Assembly: GCF_001194135.2 (NCBI RefSeq)
Contig: NC_068999.1
Span: 30,811,983 to 30,875,982, forward strand
Direction: 5' to 3'
DNA length: 64,000 bases
Source: Octopus bimaculoides
Lineage: Eukaryota
Shown here: one piece after another, positions 1 through 13,670 of the stretch
How the letters are laid out: each line of letters begins with the position of its first letter
Position numbering within the stretch: the first letter of the stretch is position 1
Position numbers and translations under genes: made by a program
The notes under the pieces: generated by a model
What the model was told of the DNA's origin: nothing
The model's input: the letters and a program-made list of their open reading frames with translations, nothing else
Database searches by the model: none

Positions 1-979
1 TATATATATAGAAACAAATTGTTTACATTTGTTTATTACATCTTAAAGTGCTGACTAAAATTTATAGTTATATTTTGTAGTATTGCATTGGAAGAAAACA
101 TTTAATGCACCACAAATTTATTAATCAAGATAATAATCCATGTTGAAACTGGAGAGAAAGTTAGATGAGACTTCTGAGAAGGGGACAGAAGGATTTTAAT
201 GGGAAATAATTAAGAACAAAAATAATATTCATTGATATTCAAATTAAGATTCATTAAAAAAGTTGTTTTCAATTATAAATGCTAATGTTTTAGTTTTTAA
301 ATATTAGCTAGAAGATTTTTCTTTCTAGATTTTAATTGCTTTTGGATAAAAAAAGACAAAAATCTGTTTTTGAATTAAAAAAAATATTCTATATTTGGAT
401 AATTGCGTTAATTTAAATAGTAATAATAGTATGATTATTAACAATACAGACAACTGCTAAGGTGATTGGACATTTTATGGAATATTATAAATGAACAACA
501 ATTATTTAGACTTTGAGAAATCTTTCTCAGCATTTCATATTATTAATTTCTCTAATTCCACCAGATTATTCAATGTCAGGGAATATTTTTCTTGTTTAGA
601 CTCTTCAAATGACAAAGAAATTTAAAATAAATTTATATGAGAAATAATTTGTACAAAAGCTTTGGATATTAAATGTAGCATGAGAATATTTCTTGTAATG
701 ACTTAAAGAAATTACCAAATTATAGGAATTTTAAATTTGTCAACAACATTGGTGAGAGCCAGAACATCCAGCTGTAAGAACTGTAAAAGATTATGACAGA
801 GGGTTGGGTGGGAAATGTTAAGTGTGTCTTAATGAAAATGACAACAAATGCCGAGCTAAATACAGGCCTGGCAGAATGGTTAAATAATTAAATGTTCTCT
901 ATTAGAACGCCCTACCATGAGTTTTACATTTCTCCCTTTGTCTTCCTCTTGTATCCCTTCTTCTTACACATCTTTCTTA

Positions 980-2190
980 TTCTCCTGCCTAAATCTCAAA
1001 TCAGTTGGGTCATGTGGTATGTGAGGGAATTCACCATTGTAGTGCATTGCTGCATTCACCATTTGTTGATCCTTTTGGGCAACTCATCAAGCAAAGTCCC
1101 AGTCAGTCCTAATCTTCATCAGATGTCTCCTCATCTGCTGTAACCATGTAGCATGTAGCATGTGGTCAACTAACATGAACCATCAATCCAGCTGGATCCT
1201 CAGTGAAAAGAACATGGTAAGCAGGGTCTAACTCAGAAAACTGAGCAGTCTGAGCTGGCACTTGTGAATCATACAAGTAACAGGACACATCCCAGTTTCT
1301 GAGTAGAGATGTATGGTTGGATATAAAATCCAACCAATAGTAACCTTGAATCCTACAAAGTGTCCTGGTACCAAAAGAGTTCAGGAAGCTCCTAAGAGTC
1401 CTAGACAATGCTCAAGTCTCACAACTACAGAGTAGAACAGGGAGAACCAGAGACCTAAAGACCCAAAACTTTGTCCTCCTGCACAGATTTTGGTAGTACC
1501 AAAACACCCTTGTCCAATGAGCCCACAACTGCACCAGCTCATCCAAGTTGTTTTTGGACTTCAGAAATACTGCTAATGTCATAATGAATCTCACTACTTA
1601 GACTGAGAATGAAGGACATTAAACTTCTGGTAGGATATTATATCTTTTGTGGGGAGACATTATAACCCCAGGGAGGAGATATTATCTCTGACTGGAAACA
1701 GTATAGCTGTGTAAGGCATGTCCACTGGTGAGGAAATATTCCTAGTAAGACATTGCATCACTGGTGCAGAGAGATTATACATCTGGAGAGAAGGCATTAC
1801 ACCAAGTAAAGCATTGTTACTCATGGGATATTATCTCTGGAAAGACATTTCTGTTGAGGTGACTCTTCGATGATGTTACCATTGAAATAAGATTAGTATA
1901 ACACTTTTCCCTGGAAGCATCAACTCAAATTGTTCAAGAAGAACATCAACCATATCAAACACTCCAGTGTCAGACCTTTGACATCCATGGCACAGTTACT
2001 TCCACCAGGTCTCAGTTATCTTGGAAGAATTTTGACTGCTCTCACAAGATTTTTGACAAGATGACACAATCCTTTCTTCTGGAGTTCATCTGTCTTTGAA
2101 GGTCTTTAACAACCATAACACAATTCATCCACTGGACCTCACTAGTCTCAGAGAACCTTTCACAACCATGATATAGCAGCTTCCTTCAGA
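980..2190 (-). mobile_element. Decayed RTE-clade LINE, 3' part of ORF
   Basis: ORF 1412-1594 ends FRSLVLPVLLCSCET, like the RTE C-terminal LVLPVLLYGCETW motif. Adjacent minus-strand frames are interrupted. Boundaries approximate. Confidence 0.6.
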
Positions 2191-2941
2191 CAAAACTATT
2201 TATAAATAAACTGTATTTAATCATAACATTTTTAAAGAACCTCATCCCTCTTCGTACATATATTATATATAAAATTCATGCATTAAAATATACAGCAATA
2301 TCAACCTGCAGAATAATATCAAAGTATTAGCAGTATTTTTATATCACACTTAATAGTACTGCTCTATATAACATGTCTTTTGTTTGTTCTTACTTTCATC
2401 AAAGCGAAACTTTTCTTTGACCTTCTAGTTTTATTGAGACAATGAAGTCATAGATAAAGTTGTTAAAATAATTTCAATGATATGATAATAAAGAAGTGAA
2501 AATATGATGAATAGGAAGAATATGTATTTATTTGTAGAAAAGAGAAATTTTAAATTTTATGTCCATTTTAGCATGCTGGCAAAAATGAGATATCAGTTAG
2601 TCTATTAACAGATCTAATTAAGAAAATTAAGAAACCATTACAAATATTTCAACTACATTAATTTAAGCTCACTGATACTGGTGATAAAATGAATGTAAAA
2701 TGAAAAGAAATGACTACAAAATCTGAAGGTAAAGCTGAGGCATATAGCTGCAGTCTATAGACATAATATATACATAATATATATAATATATATACAATGT
2801 ATAACCATAATATATAGACATATAGGATAATACAACCATAGTCTAAAGATATATGGAATCATTTAGCAACTGTTTGCAAGAAATACAGAAGGATGTAACT
2901 ACATTTAGAAACATAGCTACAGTCTATAAACATATATATGA

Positions 2942-2981
<40 letters not shown>

Positions 2982-2989
2982 ACTCATGT

Positions 2990-3203
2990 GTGTTTATTCC
3001 TCACCACTGCTTGATAATTGGTGCTGGTATGTTTACATCCCTGTAACTTAACAATTTGGCAAAAGCGACTAATAGAATAAGTGCCGGGTATGAAAAAAAT
3101 AAGTACTGGGGTAGATTCATTCCATTGAAATTCTTCAAGGCTGTGCTCCAGGATGGCCACAGTCTAATGACTGAAACAAGTAAAAGATGTAAGATAAAAG
3201 ATA
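2990..3203 (+). mobile_element. SINE 3' portion (family with gactgaaacaagtaaaaga tail)
   Basis: Same sequence recurs as reverse complement at 56130-56340, 36765-36900 and 62095-62240. Ends in a short tandem AAAGAT tail. Confidence 0.7.
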
Positions 3204-4597
3204 TAGAAGCACATGGCCACAGCCTACAGGCATATAGAAATGTACAGCCACAGTACATATATATAAATAGTATATATATAAATAGAACTATACAACTATG
3301 AAATATAGAAATATAGAGCCACGTAGCCTGAGTCTATAAACACATAAAAACTATACAGTCATAGTCAGTAGACACTTAGAACAATAAAGCAACAAAATCT
3401 ATAGAACCATATGAACACAAATTATAAGCATATTGAAACATAAAGCCATGGTCTATAACAGATTTATTTAGCAATAGAAACATATTTTGACAGTCTATAT
3501 AGGTATATAGAACCATATAACAACAATCTATACACAAATAGAACCATATAGACACAGTGTGTTGATATATAAAACTATATAGTCTAGAGGCATATAAAAA
3601 CATATAACTACTGTCTATAGACATATTGAACCAGAGAGCCTGTAGACGTAAAGAACCATACATCCAGACTCTAGGTATTTAGAAACATATGGCTACATTT
3701 TATAGACATTCTGAATCTTAGAGACAGTCAATAGACAAATAAAAAACGCTTATAATTACAAACTATAGACATATAAAAGCTTAGAACTAGAGACTACATA
3801 TATGGAACAATATAGTCACAGTCAATAAAATAGACACAGGGAAATGTAGAGTCATACTTTATAGATATAAGGGATCATAAAATCAGGATCTGAAGCATAT
3901 AACAACAGTATATATGCATGTAGAAGTATACATTGCCATTCTCTGCACATATAGGACAATATTTCAACTGTCTGTAGACATATAGGGTCAGATAGTCATA
4001 GACTGTAATCATAAAAAATTGTATCCTCTCAGTCTATGGAGATTTATAACTATACATTAATAGTCTATAGACTTATAGAACAATACAACCACAGATTATA
4101 AACTTATAGAACTATATAGTTTCAGTCTGCAGAGATATAGTACCACTTAGTGTATAGATGTATGGAATCATACAGCTAGAGTTTAGAGACATATAAATTC
4201 ATATGGCTACAGTTTACAGACATTTAGCCACTAGCTAAAGACTTATAGCACCATATAGTCAAGGTTGTTGAGCTGTAGAATCATAGAGACATTCTATAAG
4301 ACATATGGACCCATATAATCAGCTTCAATTTATAGACAAATGGAAATGCCCAGTTATTTTTTGTATACCTGTAGAACTATTTTGCCACTGTCTGCAGACA
4401 AACAAAATCATGTACCCGTAGTATATATACATGTAGAACAGCCTATACGTATACAGAACCACACAGCAACAAGCATAATGAGCCATGTAACAATTATCTA
4501 CAGACGTATAGAGCCATATGATATCTCAGAGTATATAGAGCCACATAGTTTCTCAATTTTGCCTGGTATCTCTCTCTTTCTCTCTCTCTCTCTCCGT

Positions 4598-4835
4598 GTA
4601 TAAGTACCTGTGCAAGTACCACATAAAGGTGCCTGTGCCAGTGCCATGTAAAACACCCAGTATACTCTGTAAAGTGGTTGGTGTTAGGAAGGGCATCCAA
4701 TCATTGAAACCATGCCAAAACAGACAAATGGAACTCATGCAGCCCTTGAGCAGGCCAACTCCAGTCAAACCATCTAACCCATGCCAGCATGGAGAATGGA
4801 TGTTAAAAGATGATGATGGTAATGATAATATAATA
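4598..4835 (+). mobile_element. RTE LINE 3' UTR fragment ending in (GAT)n
   Basis: gtggttggtgttaggaagggcatcc...cccatgccagcatgga...gatgatgat matches the tail of the RTE at 45400-45550. Confidence 0.8.
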
Positions 4836-5028
4836 GGCTATATACTTATAAAACAATATAATCAGAATCTATAGATATATAGAATTATATAGTCATTGTC
4901 TTTAATTGTATAGAATCATATAGCAAATGTCAATAGCTGCAGTGTTATGATACATGAAATAGGAGAATGGCTGATAAAGATTAAAGGATATTGAATTAAC
5001 AAGTGGGGCTGTAGATGATGACTTAACA

Positions 5029-5292
5029 CAGGGATGGGCAACTTTTCGTCAACTGGGGGATGCATTGTACCATTTCCAAGTGGGAGAGCACTGCATGATA
5101 AAACACATATGCATGAAATATTACTTACCCACTTTACACTGAATTTTTGCAGTTCTTTTTTATTTTGTTTGTCTTAGTATGAAAGTTTATTTCTCTTAGT
5201 ATGAAATTAATAACCTAGAAACTCATCGAGGGCCACACAACAACATGTCAAAGGCTACATGCCACCCACAAGCCACAGGTTGCCCATGCTTG
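5029..5292. mobile_element. hAT (Charlie-like) MITE
   Basis: Imperfect TIRs CAGGGATGGGCAAC / GTTGCCCATGCTTG. Flanked by 8-bp near-duplication ACTTAACA / ACTTACTA (6/8). Confidence 0.75.
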
Positions 5293-6769
5293 ACTTACTA
5301 TCACTAATCTCATTTTAACTAGTTTAACCTAATTTGCATCGATGGTTGGATCATCTCTAGCACTGCATATTGCCATTCAATGTAGTCTTTTGTCATCTTC
5401 ACATGATGTAATATTTTGAGATCATATCGTCACATTTTTAAACATGGACAACTGTATAATCAGTCTATACACAGCTAAAAATATAATTCTACATTTGTTT
5501 TTCTTGCTAGACTATGTAAGGTGAGCTATAACAGTTTAAGTTAGTCCTTATTTGGATATACTGTCCTCCTAACCGTGTCTGGAGACAATGTCTTGTTTGT
5601 ATTTCATTTTGTCACAATATCTATGGCTAGATCATTTTCTAACTCCTACCACTTCACATTCACAGTGCACTGGTACATTTTATCTTGGCACCAACGTTAT
5701 AGAGGTAGTCTAGTCCTCAAGAAAACAAAACTAATAGCTCCTTTCAACACCCTACATTGCCCCTGCTTGTTTACCAACTAGTTTACAGAGTGTACTGTGT
5801 TTTATCCTGGCACTGACATAGTTGATGCCTTGTGCTCTGCAAAACAATAGGGGTTCTCATCACTATATTGTCTCTGTTCATGACATGACCAATAAAATGA
5901 AAAGAGAAAAAAGTTATAGCAGAAAACCAAGATGTGAAGGAGAAAAAAAGCAAGAGTATTGTAAGATGACAGTGTGGAAGAAAGGAAAAATGAGAAAGAG
6001 AATGCTAAAAGGCACGATGAAGGAGGAAATAATGGCAGGAGTATAGTATTGGCTGAGTGTTGTGAGAGTAGAATTTTGGAGAGCAAGTTATGACTAATCA
6101 TTAGAAATGATTGACATTAAGAGTGTGATGGATGTCAATAATGAGTGATCTGGGATCAACTGAGTAATGTTTAGCAGCACAGAACTGTAATGTCAATCAG
6201 TGAGAAAGTTCATGAATGATGAATAGTGTGAGTGGCAATGGTATGAGTGTAATGGATGTCAGTAAAAGGGCAATGTGAGTGAAAGAGTATAATATCTAGC
6301 AGCACTGAGAAGACAGTATTAAAAGTTACATTTGCTGGTGAGAGAGAGACTGGGGAGAGTATATCAGATACCATCAGATCCAATGCAATCAATCTTTAAT
6401 TATTCAGGCATTGTGATGGAAAAAAAAAAACATTAATGTTGCTGCATATTTACTGGAGAGAGAGAGAGAGAGAGAGAGGTGGAGGAAAACGTGATTCACA
6501 GAAATGTTTGGTGATAAGAAAGGATGATAGATGTTGATAGTTAATGACCTGGGAGTGAGGGAGTGGTAGGAGAAAGAAGTCATGGGAGAATGATTGGTGG
6601 TAGAAAAGGAGATTGCTTATGGACAGATATAAAGTTTTCTCTCATTTCCTTGATGCCATGGCACAGGGATTAGGTGAATAAAATATAGAGAAATAAAAGA
6701 GGACTGAATAAACTAGAGGGGCAGTAGATGATGATTTAACAGGTATAAATGGCCCTTTTAAAAATATCT

Positions 6770-7100
6770 TTCACCTTGTTTGCATGGGTGGGTGGATCTT
6801 CTCTGACACAGCGTATTGCCCATCAGCATGGTGCTTTCTCATCTTCATGAGATGCAACATCTTCAGATCAGTGTTCACCAGTTCATGTTATATCTCCCTG
6901 GGTTTCCTTCTTCCACAAGTTCCAATAACATTTGAGTGCTTAGCTCTTCGTTATGTAGCTATCATTGTGACCATATGCATTACATGACCATACTAGCATA
7001 GGCTTCTTTCTTGCACACTACATCTAATTCCTCTTATACCCAGTTTTTCTCTCAGTTCATTTGTATTTTACTACTCATGTACATCACATTACACTTTAGA
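6770..7100 (-). mobile_element. RTE LINE C-terminal fragment
   Basis: Reverse strand reads LREKLGIRGIRCSVQERSLC*YGHVMHM, matching the RTE copies at 7800 and 45080. Confidence 0.75.
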
Positions 7101-7299
7101 AACACTGAATATATTTTCACCTGCCAAATCATTTAACATCACTGAATGACCAAACTAAATTTTACATAGTTTCCCACCTGCAAGGGAGTGATGCAAGATG
7201 TATCGAAATGATCAGTGTGATTAATAAAGTTTCCAGTATACTTTATCTTCTGTATCCATTGTTTCTACTATATACATATAGTAGAAACTATGCTATACA

Positions 7300-7560
7300 T
7301 CTGTTCAGGGGGGGGGGGGGAATTCACAAAAAAACAAAAGATGAAGACAGGTGGTGTAGATAACGAACAGATGTATTAGTTTAATGCTTGGGAAGTGAAA
7401 AAGTCTTTAACGTTTCGAGACTACGCTCTTCCACAGAAAGGAACACAGAAAGAAACAAGGAAAGAAAATAGAGAATGTGTAGTGGCTAGCGATCTATCAT
7501 GGCGAATGCTGGACAGAAGAGTCGCACAGGAGAGGTAGGAAGAAGGGGAGATAATAAAGT
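7300..7560 (-). mobile_element. Probable Penelope-like pseudo-LTR fragment
   Basis: Minus strand carries gaagagcgtagtctcGAAACgtta, a decayed hammerhead-like motif, followed by a T-rich tail. The PLE assignment is inference. Confidence 0.4.
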
Positions 7561-7789
7561 AGTGGTGATCCCAAAACGAAGGTGCGTGTGTATAAGAGAG
7601 CATGTATGTGCATGTGTGTATGTGTAGGTGTGTGTATGATGGTATGGGGCTGGGAAGTGGTCTGTGCTAGTGTGTGCATGGTGGTGTGATGTGATGTGAT
7701 GTGATATATATATACTATATTATATATATTATATATATAGTAGTTTCTACTATATATATAGGCTTGAAAGAAATGAAGCTAGTATGTTT

Positions 7790-8030
7790 CGCTGGATGTG
7801 CAATGTCAGTGTGCATGTATGACAAAGTGTAAGTATCTTAAGAGAAAGCTAGGTATAAGAAGCATCAGATGTGGTGTGCAAGAAAGACGACTGCACTGGT
7901 ATGGTCATGTCATGCATATAGATGAGGACAGCTGTGTAAAGAAGTACCAATCTCTAATTGTAAAGGGAACTTTTGGAAGAGGTAGACTCAAGAAAACACA
8001 CGGGACATGGGACGAATGTTGGGCCTCATG
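7790..8030 (+). mobile_element. RTE LINE C-terminal fragment
   Basis: KLGIRSIRCGVQERRLHWYGHVMHIDEDSCVKK...GRGRLKKT in ORF 7798-8139. Confidence 0.85.
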
Positions 8031-8039
8031 GAGGGCACT

Positions 8040-8612
8040 TCAAAAGCAGAACATCCTTGGAAGACGATGTGTGAACTGGAAAACCTGTCACAAGCACCGC
8101 CCCTGGAAACGTGGAGAAAATTCATCAGCTTGTGCATGAGAGGATTGTGAGAGGGCAATCAATAACATTGCTGATGTTGGTGGTCTGTCGTATGGGTCCC
8201 TGCAGGCAATCATAATGCCTGCAAAGAATTGGATTCTTCCCAACAATGTACTCTGTCACCAAGCTCTCCTCACTCATGAGTTTCTTGTCAAAAACAACAT
8301 GGTATCACTCCTGCACCCATCCTATTCCCCGGATTTAGCACCTGCAGACTTCCATCTCTTTCCCAAGATGAAAATGCAGCTCAAAGATCGCTGTTTTAAC
8401 ACTGTTGTCAAGATCAAGAGTGAATCACAGACGGTACTTGACTTACTTATGGAAAATGACTTCCAGGCAAGATTCCAAAAGTGGCAGGAACGCTGGAACT
8501 AGTGTATTCCTGTGCAAGGTGACTATTTCAAAGGAGATGAGGTTAAAACTTTCGTAAATAAGTTATTTTTTTATCACACATAACTAGTCTGGAACCTTTT
8601 TGATATCACCTA
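8040..8612 (+). mobile_element. Internally deleted mariner transposon with right TIR
   Basis: ORF 8215-8502 has LHPSYSPDLAPADFHLFPKMK (mariner YSPDLAP motif). TIR aactagtctggaacctttttgatatcacct at ~8582-8611. Confidence 0.85.
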
Positions 8613-9504
8613 GAACCAAAAAGTTACAGGAAAACTGACGAAATTGAAAATGAAGATTGTGCAAATATTAATGAAATAGGCCTTAAAAAAACTCTCTCAA
8701 TTATCACAATGAACACGATACTTGTTATCATGGTACCAGCACAACAGAGATTATCATCTCTTTGCCAAAATTAAAGAGTCTTCTTAAGGTTATGTCATCT
8801 TCATTTGTTTGCCAATCACTTTACATAGTATATTGGATGCATTTTATTAGGACATCAGTGCTAATGAGAATGCCTAATGGCCCCTACATCTGAGGAGACT
8901 ACACTTTTCCATGATGTTCATGGTACAGACTGAGAATATGAATAGTAATGAGTTCAATGATTGTAGAAAAACAGGATGGGTGGAGGGGATGAGAGAAAAA
9001 TAACAAAACAGAGTGGTGAGGGGAGCTGGTGATAGAGGAGGAGAGCTGTACAAAGTACCAATGTTAGTTATACTTGCTGTATAGTAGAGAGGGTACAAGG
9101 ACAGAGGGTGAGAGAGAGAGAGATACATATATAGAGAGAGAGGGGTTAGTGAGAAGGTACAAAGAAGCAGGGTGGTAGCAAATACAGACTTAACAGAAGC
9201 TCTTGGACTAGAGAGCCAAACGTATAAACCTCCAGCCTCCCGTCATTTTTACTAGTTTTGATGTTTTTATGCTTGTATCTTTGTTGAACAAATATAGAAT
9301 CAGGCTGTCAAGCTTTGAGTTGGTCCAGACTCAATAAAAATTGTGATTTGACAACTGATACAGAAACAAACTTAGCAAATGGTATTAGTCACAGTTCTCA
9401 ATGTTTCTGTTATACTGATATTAATAGCATTGCAAGTATTTAACATTCTAATTAGGAATATTTAAGGTGGCTACCTGTTCCAAGGGCGTAGTTACTCAGT
9501 TGTG

Positions 9505-9830
9505 TTGCAGCAGCAGCAGCAGCACCACCACCACCACTACTGCCACTGTCATCACTGCCGCCGCCACTGCTGCCACCACCGCTGCTGCCACCACCGCTGC
9601 CATCTACAATTCCATTAACATCTATGATACTACTACCACCATAAACAACATAACATCATCATCAACACCACCTAAAGTACAATCACTACCATCACCATCA
9701 ATATCATATTTAATACAGAAACTACCACCACCATTTACACTACCATTGCCTGTAATGCCATCTTCACTAACACAACTTCCAATAACATAACCATCCTTAC
9801 CATCATGACAAAAATACCACCACCTCCATT
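9505..9830. repeat. Mixed trinucleotide low-complexity tract (CAG/CAC/GCC/CAT)
   Basis: Direct reading of the sequence; explains the Thr/Ala-rich ORF 9467-9790. Confidence 0.8.
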
Positions 9831-10539
9831 TTCCCCAATAACAGCAGAGGTACATTACCAATTTTCTGGCATCCTTGGTTTTAGGACCAAGCAGGATCTG
9901 TTGTTTCATATCAAGATAAATTCCTTTAAGAATGCCATCACATTGTTAATAACATTTTCTGAGCAAACTTTTATGACATAAACTTTGTTTATTTACATTG
10001 TACTCTCTATCAAACATTTAACAATCATCACTGTCTCTCTTCTGTTACTCCCACCTCTTACACTCTCTTGCTCAAACCATTCTATTTCTCTTCTCATACT
10101 CTTTCACTTTCTTTATTTGATTGTCCTGGATTTTCTGTCATTGCACTATTCCCTATTCTCTCTCTTCGTCACATTGCCTAGAATGAATTAGGACAATATA
10201 CAAAAGAAAGTTTTGCAGGGTTTAAGACAATCTTATCATGCTGGTGTTACAATAAGATGTATCCAGTACACTCAGAGGTATTGTGTGGAGAAGACAAATT
10301 CACTGTGCTGGTAGCATGAAAATGCACCCAGTACACTTTGTAAAGTGACTGCTATTAGGAAGAGCATCCAACTGCTGAAAACTAAAAAGTCATACCACAA
10401 CTGTATGAGTGAGATATCTAAGATGGCAGTAATTCTGAATAACAACTGATATGGACATTACTGACCAATACAGCCTTTTCCAGCTTGATAACAGACATAA
10501 AATGATGATGATGGTGGTTTGCAACAGTTCAATATCTTA

Positions 10540-10660
<121 letters not shown>

Positions 10661-11530
10661 GCCAGTGTTATAAAGTATAAGTATTTTTTTGATGACTTCA
10701 ATCTGAAAGTGCATTCCAGTTCCTAGTTGAAACTATTTCACTGGTCCTTGGGAAAGTTTCAAAATCACAATTTCCAATTTTGAATTTCCCATAAATTTGA
10801 TACCTACCTTTCTCTATTGTTAATAATGTCAGTGAAGACAATAATTCATTACACATCATGACAACATGAAATGTAAGTATTAGTATGAAGAAATGAGAGT
10901 TACTTACATATTACTACAATCTCTCCCACTTTGCTAATTAAACATACAAGATAATTGCAAAGTTAATAACACCAAACTAATGATTTAGCAGAGATCAGAT
11001 GAAAGAGAAGAAAGAAAGTATCAAAGACATCTGGTTATTCTCATCCCTTGAAAAAAAATTTATGGAAATTTGGGCATTTTACATATTCTGCATTTCTTGT
11101 TGTATGTCTGAGTTATATTTTGGATGTGCATTATAAACCCAAATGATTTGAAATATCAACAATAAAATAGTTTATACTAAGAATCCAGCTGAAAGCATAA
11201 GAAATAATAATGCCATAATGAGTTAGCATCAATTACAATTATTGTTACATCAAACTCTCAAACTACATAGATGATTGTTTCAAGCTACATATCTCAATAT
11301 ATTCTAAATGAAACCAAGTGACGATAGTTAAATGATGATATTCATTAGAAAGGTTCCAGGAAATTACAAAATTTATTATTCTTAATACATTTCTTAATAC
11401 ATCAATAACTGATTTTGTTGCCATTATACTCAGATTAAGCTTGACATTTTTTTTTATTGAATTAATTAACAATCAAGAAATAATTAGATTCCTGAGAACA
11501 TTCACTATTTCATAATTTGCTTCTTATATA

Positions 11531-12406
11531 CAGGGTGTCCCAAAAGTTACTAAAAAGTTTCAATTTTTGATAACTTCCTTAACTTTACAAATAAATTCAT
11601 GAAATTTTGATAAAATATAAAGGTCATAATAGAAATTAATATGCACAAGTTAAATTTTGCAACACCACTACATCACGTATGAAAAATGACATCGCTTAAA
11701 TGGCAGCTATTTTCGGCTTTGCACACCTATGCTCCTTCCAAAACTTGTACCAAAACTTTCCAAAACTTACACTGCTTCCCTGATTTATTTATTGATCTTC
11801 TCCTTCAGTTGCCCCAGGGTCTCTGGTTTGTTGATGTAAATCCTCTCTTTCAGGTATCCCCACAAGAAAATATCCAGGTCAGTCAAGTTTGGGGAATATG
11901 AAGGCCATTCAAAGTAGACCTCACATACGGTTCCAGCAAGATGGGACAACTGTTCATGCTGCAAGAAAAACAAAGCAGTTGCTATGGCAGTGCTTTGGAG
12001 AGAGAAAAATTTCCCACTATGGCAATGTCTTTCACGTTTTCCAGAGTTGACTAGCTGGAATTTTTTCTTATGGGGATACCTGAAAGAGAGGGTTTACATC
12101 AACAAACAGGAGACCCTAGTGCAACTGAAGGAGAACATCAATAAATTAATCAGAGAAGTGGGTTTGAAACTCTTTTGAGTGTTATGGTGCAAGTTTTGGA
12201 AAGAGCACATGCGTGTGAAGTTGAAAATGGCTGCCATTTAAGCGATGTCATTTTTGATATGTGATGTAGTGGTGTTGCAAAATTTGACTTGTGTATATTA
12301 ATTTCCATTATATCCTTTATATTGTATCAAACTTTCATGCATTTATTTATAAACTTAAGGATGTTATTAAAAATTGAAACCCATCAGTGACTTTTGGGAC
12401 ACCTTG
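11531..12406. mobile_element. Palindromic Tc1/mariner-derived element built from two inverted transposase 3' ends
   Basis: TIRs cagggtgtcccaaaagt / acttttgggacaccttg with TA on both sides. Arms are about 400 bp. Both arms encode FLWGYLKER(I/V)YINK(P/Q)ETL, in opposite directions (ORFs 11785-11973 -, 11984-12178 +). Confidence 0.9.
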
Positions 12407-13214
12407 TATTTTCCAGTATAGGAATGTTTGGCAGAGTTTTCTATTTGCTTGTAAATCATCAGAGAAGATGTTTTTAAAGAAACAAATTGCTTTTCATGCC
12501 AAGAGATCAATATTGCAATGTGTCTAAACAGCTATTATTAGATGTGATTAAACTACACTAAGGGCACAGCAGAATGCTTCTGACAAAATTTGAACCAAGT
12601 GGCTGTCTTCAGTAAAAACACACTTAAGTCTCTGGTCTATAGGCATACTGTAATGTGTCTCTATCTTTTCTACTGCTGCTATAATGACCTCTACTTTACA
12701 GTACTGGCTGCAATTATACCATCTTCACTCAGGCATTCCTATCTTACTTTCTCTCATTGTCCTTGTTGTATCCACAAGCTTCATACTTATCATGATACTC
12801 AGTCTTTCTTTCTTAGAATGTTAGTCCTCGGCAATTCCTTCCCAATTCATATCTTTCCTGCTGCTGATGACTTACAAAGATCCAAGACAAGCATACATGT
12901 TTTTAAGAGAGCTGAAACATCACTACTTCTTCCAAAACCAGCAAGTAAAAAACAAAAAAAAAGGTAATAACCTGTCTGATGCATGTTGTTGAAGGTTCAG
13001 ACCTTCCCCCTTTCCATATTGCCTGGATGTCAAAGGAGTTTGTCAGCTCCTTCATCTACCAGAGCTCCACAGTCACCAAATATGGAAACTGACCATAGAA
13101 ATCAACTGCAGATGTTGAACTGAAAATAAGGCAAAAGTGTGCCTAGCTTTATACTAACTGACATAAATCATTCAAATTGCACATGTTGGTAGAGCAACTC
13201 TTCTATTATAAATC

Positions 13215-13670
13215 AGGAAAATAATAAATTCCAAGCAGAAGCAATGTTCTATCATTGAGTTCTTGATGAAGGAGGCTGCAGACTTTTTGACATCCATAAA
13301 AAGCTACAGACTGTTTCCAAAGATGACATCATTGATAAGAGCAATGTGCACAGATCAATGAAAAAGTTTAAAGAAGGATAAAACAAAGGGTAATCCAGGA
13401 TTGAAGACAAACCACACAGGAGGAGACTATCAACTGTAACCACTGACACAAGTCACCAGTGAATGTACAGGTTGGTTTATGCAGTCAGCTGAGTCATGAG
13501 GTCTGAACCTACTGCATAACTGGACTGTAGTTAAAATGCATTGCGGAAGATGGTGGAAGACTTTGGGTAACTGAAAATGTGTGCAAAGTGGGTACCTTGG
13601 CAGTTGACACCCAATTTGAAGGAGAGAGGGGTGGAAACTTGTTCTAATCTCCTAGAAGCATTCGAAGCCA
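13215..13670 (+). mobile_element. Mariner transposase N-terminal relic
   Basis: Broken frames read QKQCSIIEFL...DIHKKLQTVSKDDIIDKSNVHR...IEDKP and KMCAKWVPWQLT (WVPxxL motif). Confidence 0.75.

Larger units (their letters stand above)
2740..4920. repeat. Degenerate ~31-bp minisatellite (approx. AGTCTATAGACATATAGAACCATATAGCCAC), interrupted by a SINE, (GT)n and an RTE tail
   Basis: Recurrent GTCTATAG / CATATAG / GAACC words, e.g. unit starts near 3492, 3525, 3556, 3581, 3612. Pattern resumes at 4865-4915. Confidence 0.7.

Noticed and set aside
2394-2424. 31-nt minus-strand micro-exon candidate (KVKEKFRFDE, GTAAGA donor)
   Set aside because: The acceptor lacks a polypyrimidine tract (aataaaactag); expected by chance.
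9467-9790. 107-aa Ser/Thr/Ala/Pro-rich ORF
   Set aside because: Fully explained by trinucleotide low complexity; no domain motif or convincing splice context.
12590-13130. 125-aa ORF and a strong minus-strand acceptor at ~13125 as host exons
   Set aside because: No protein family recognised. Minus frames have early stops and faintly resemble RTE debris.
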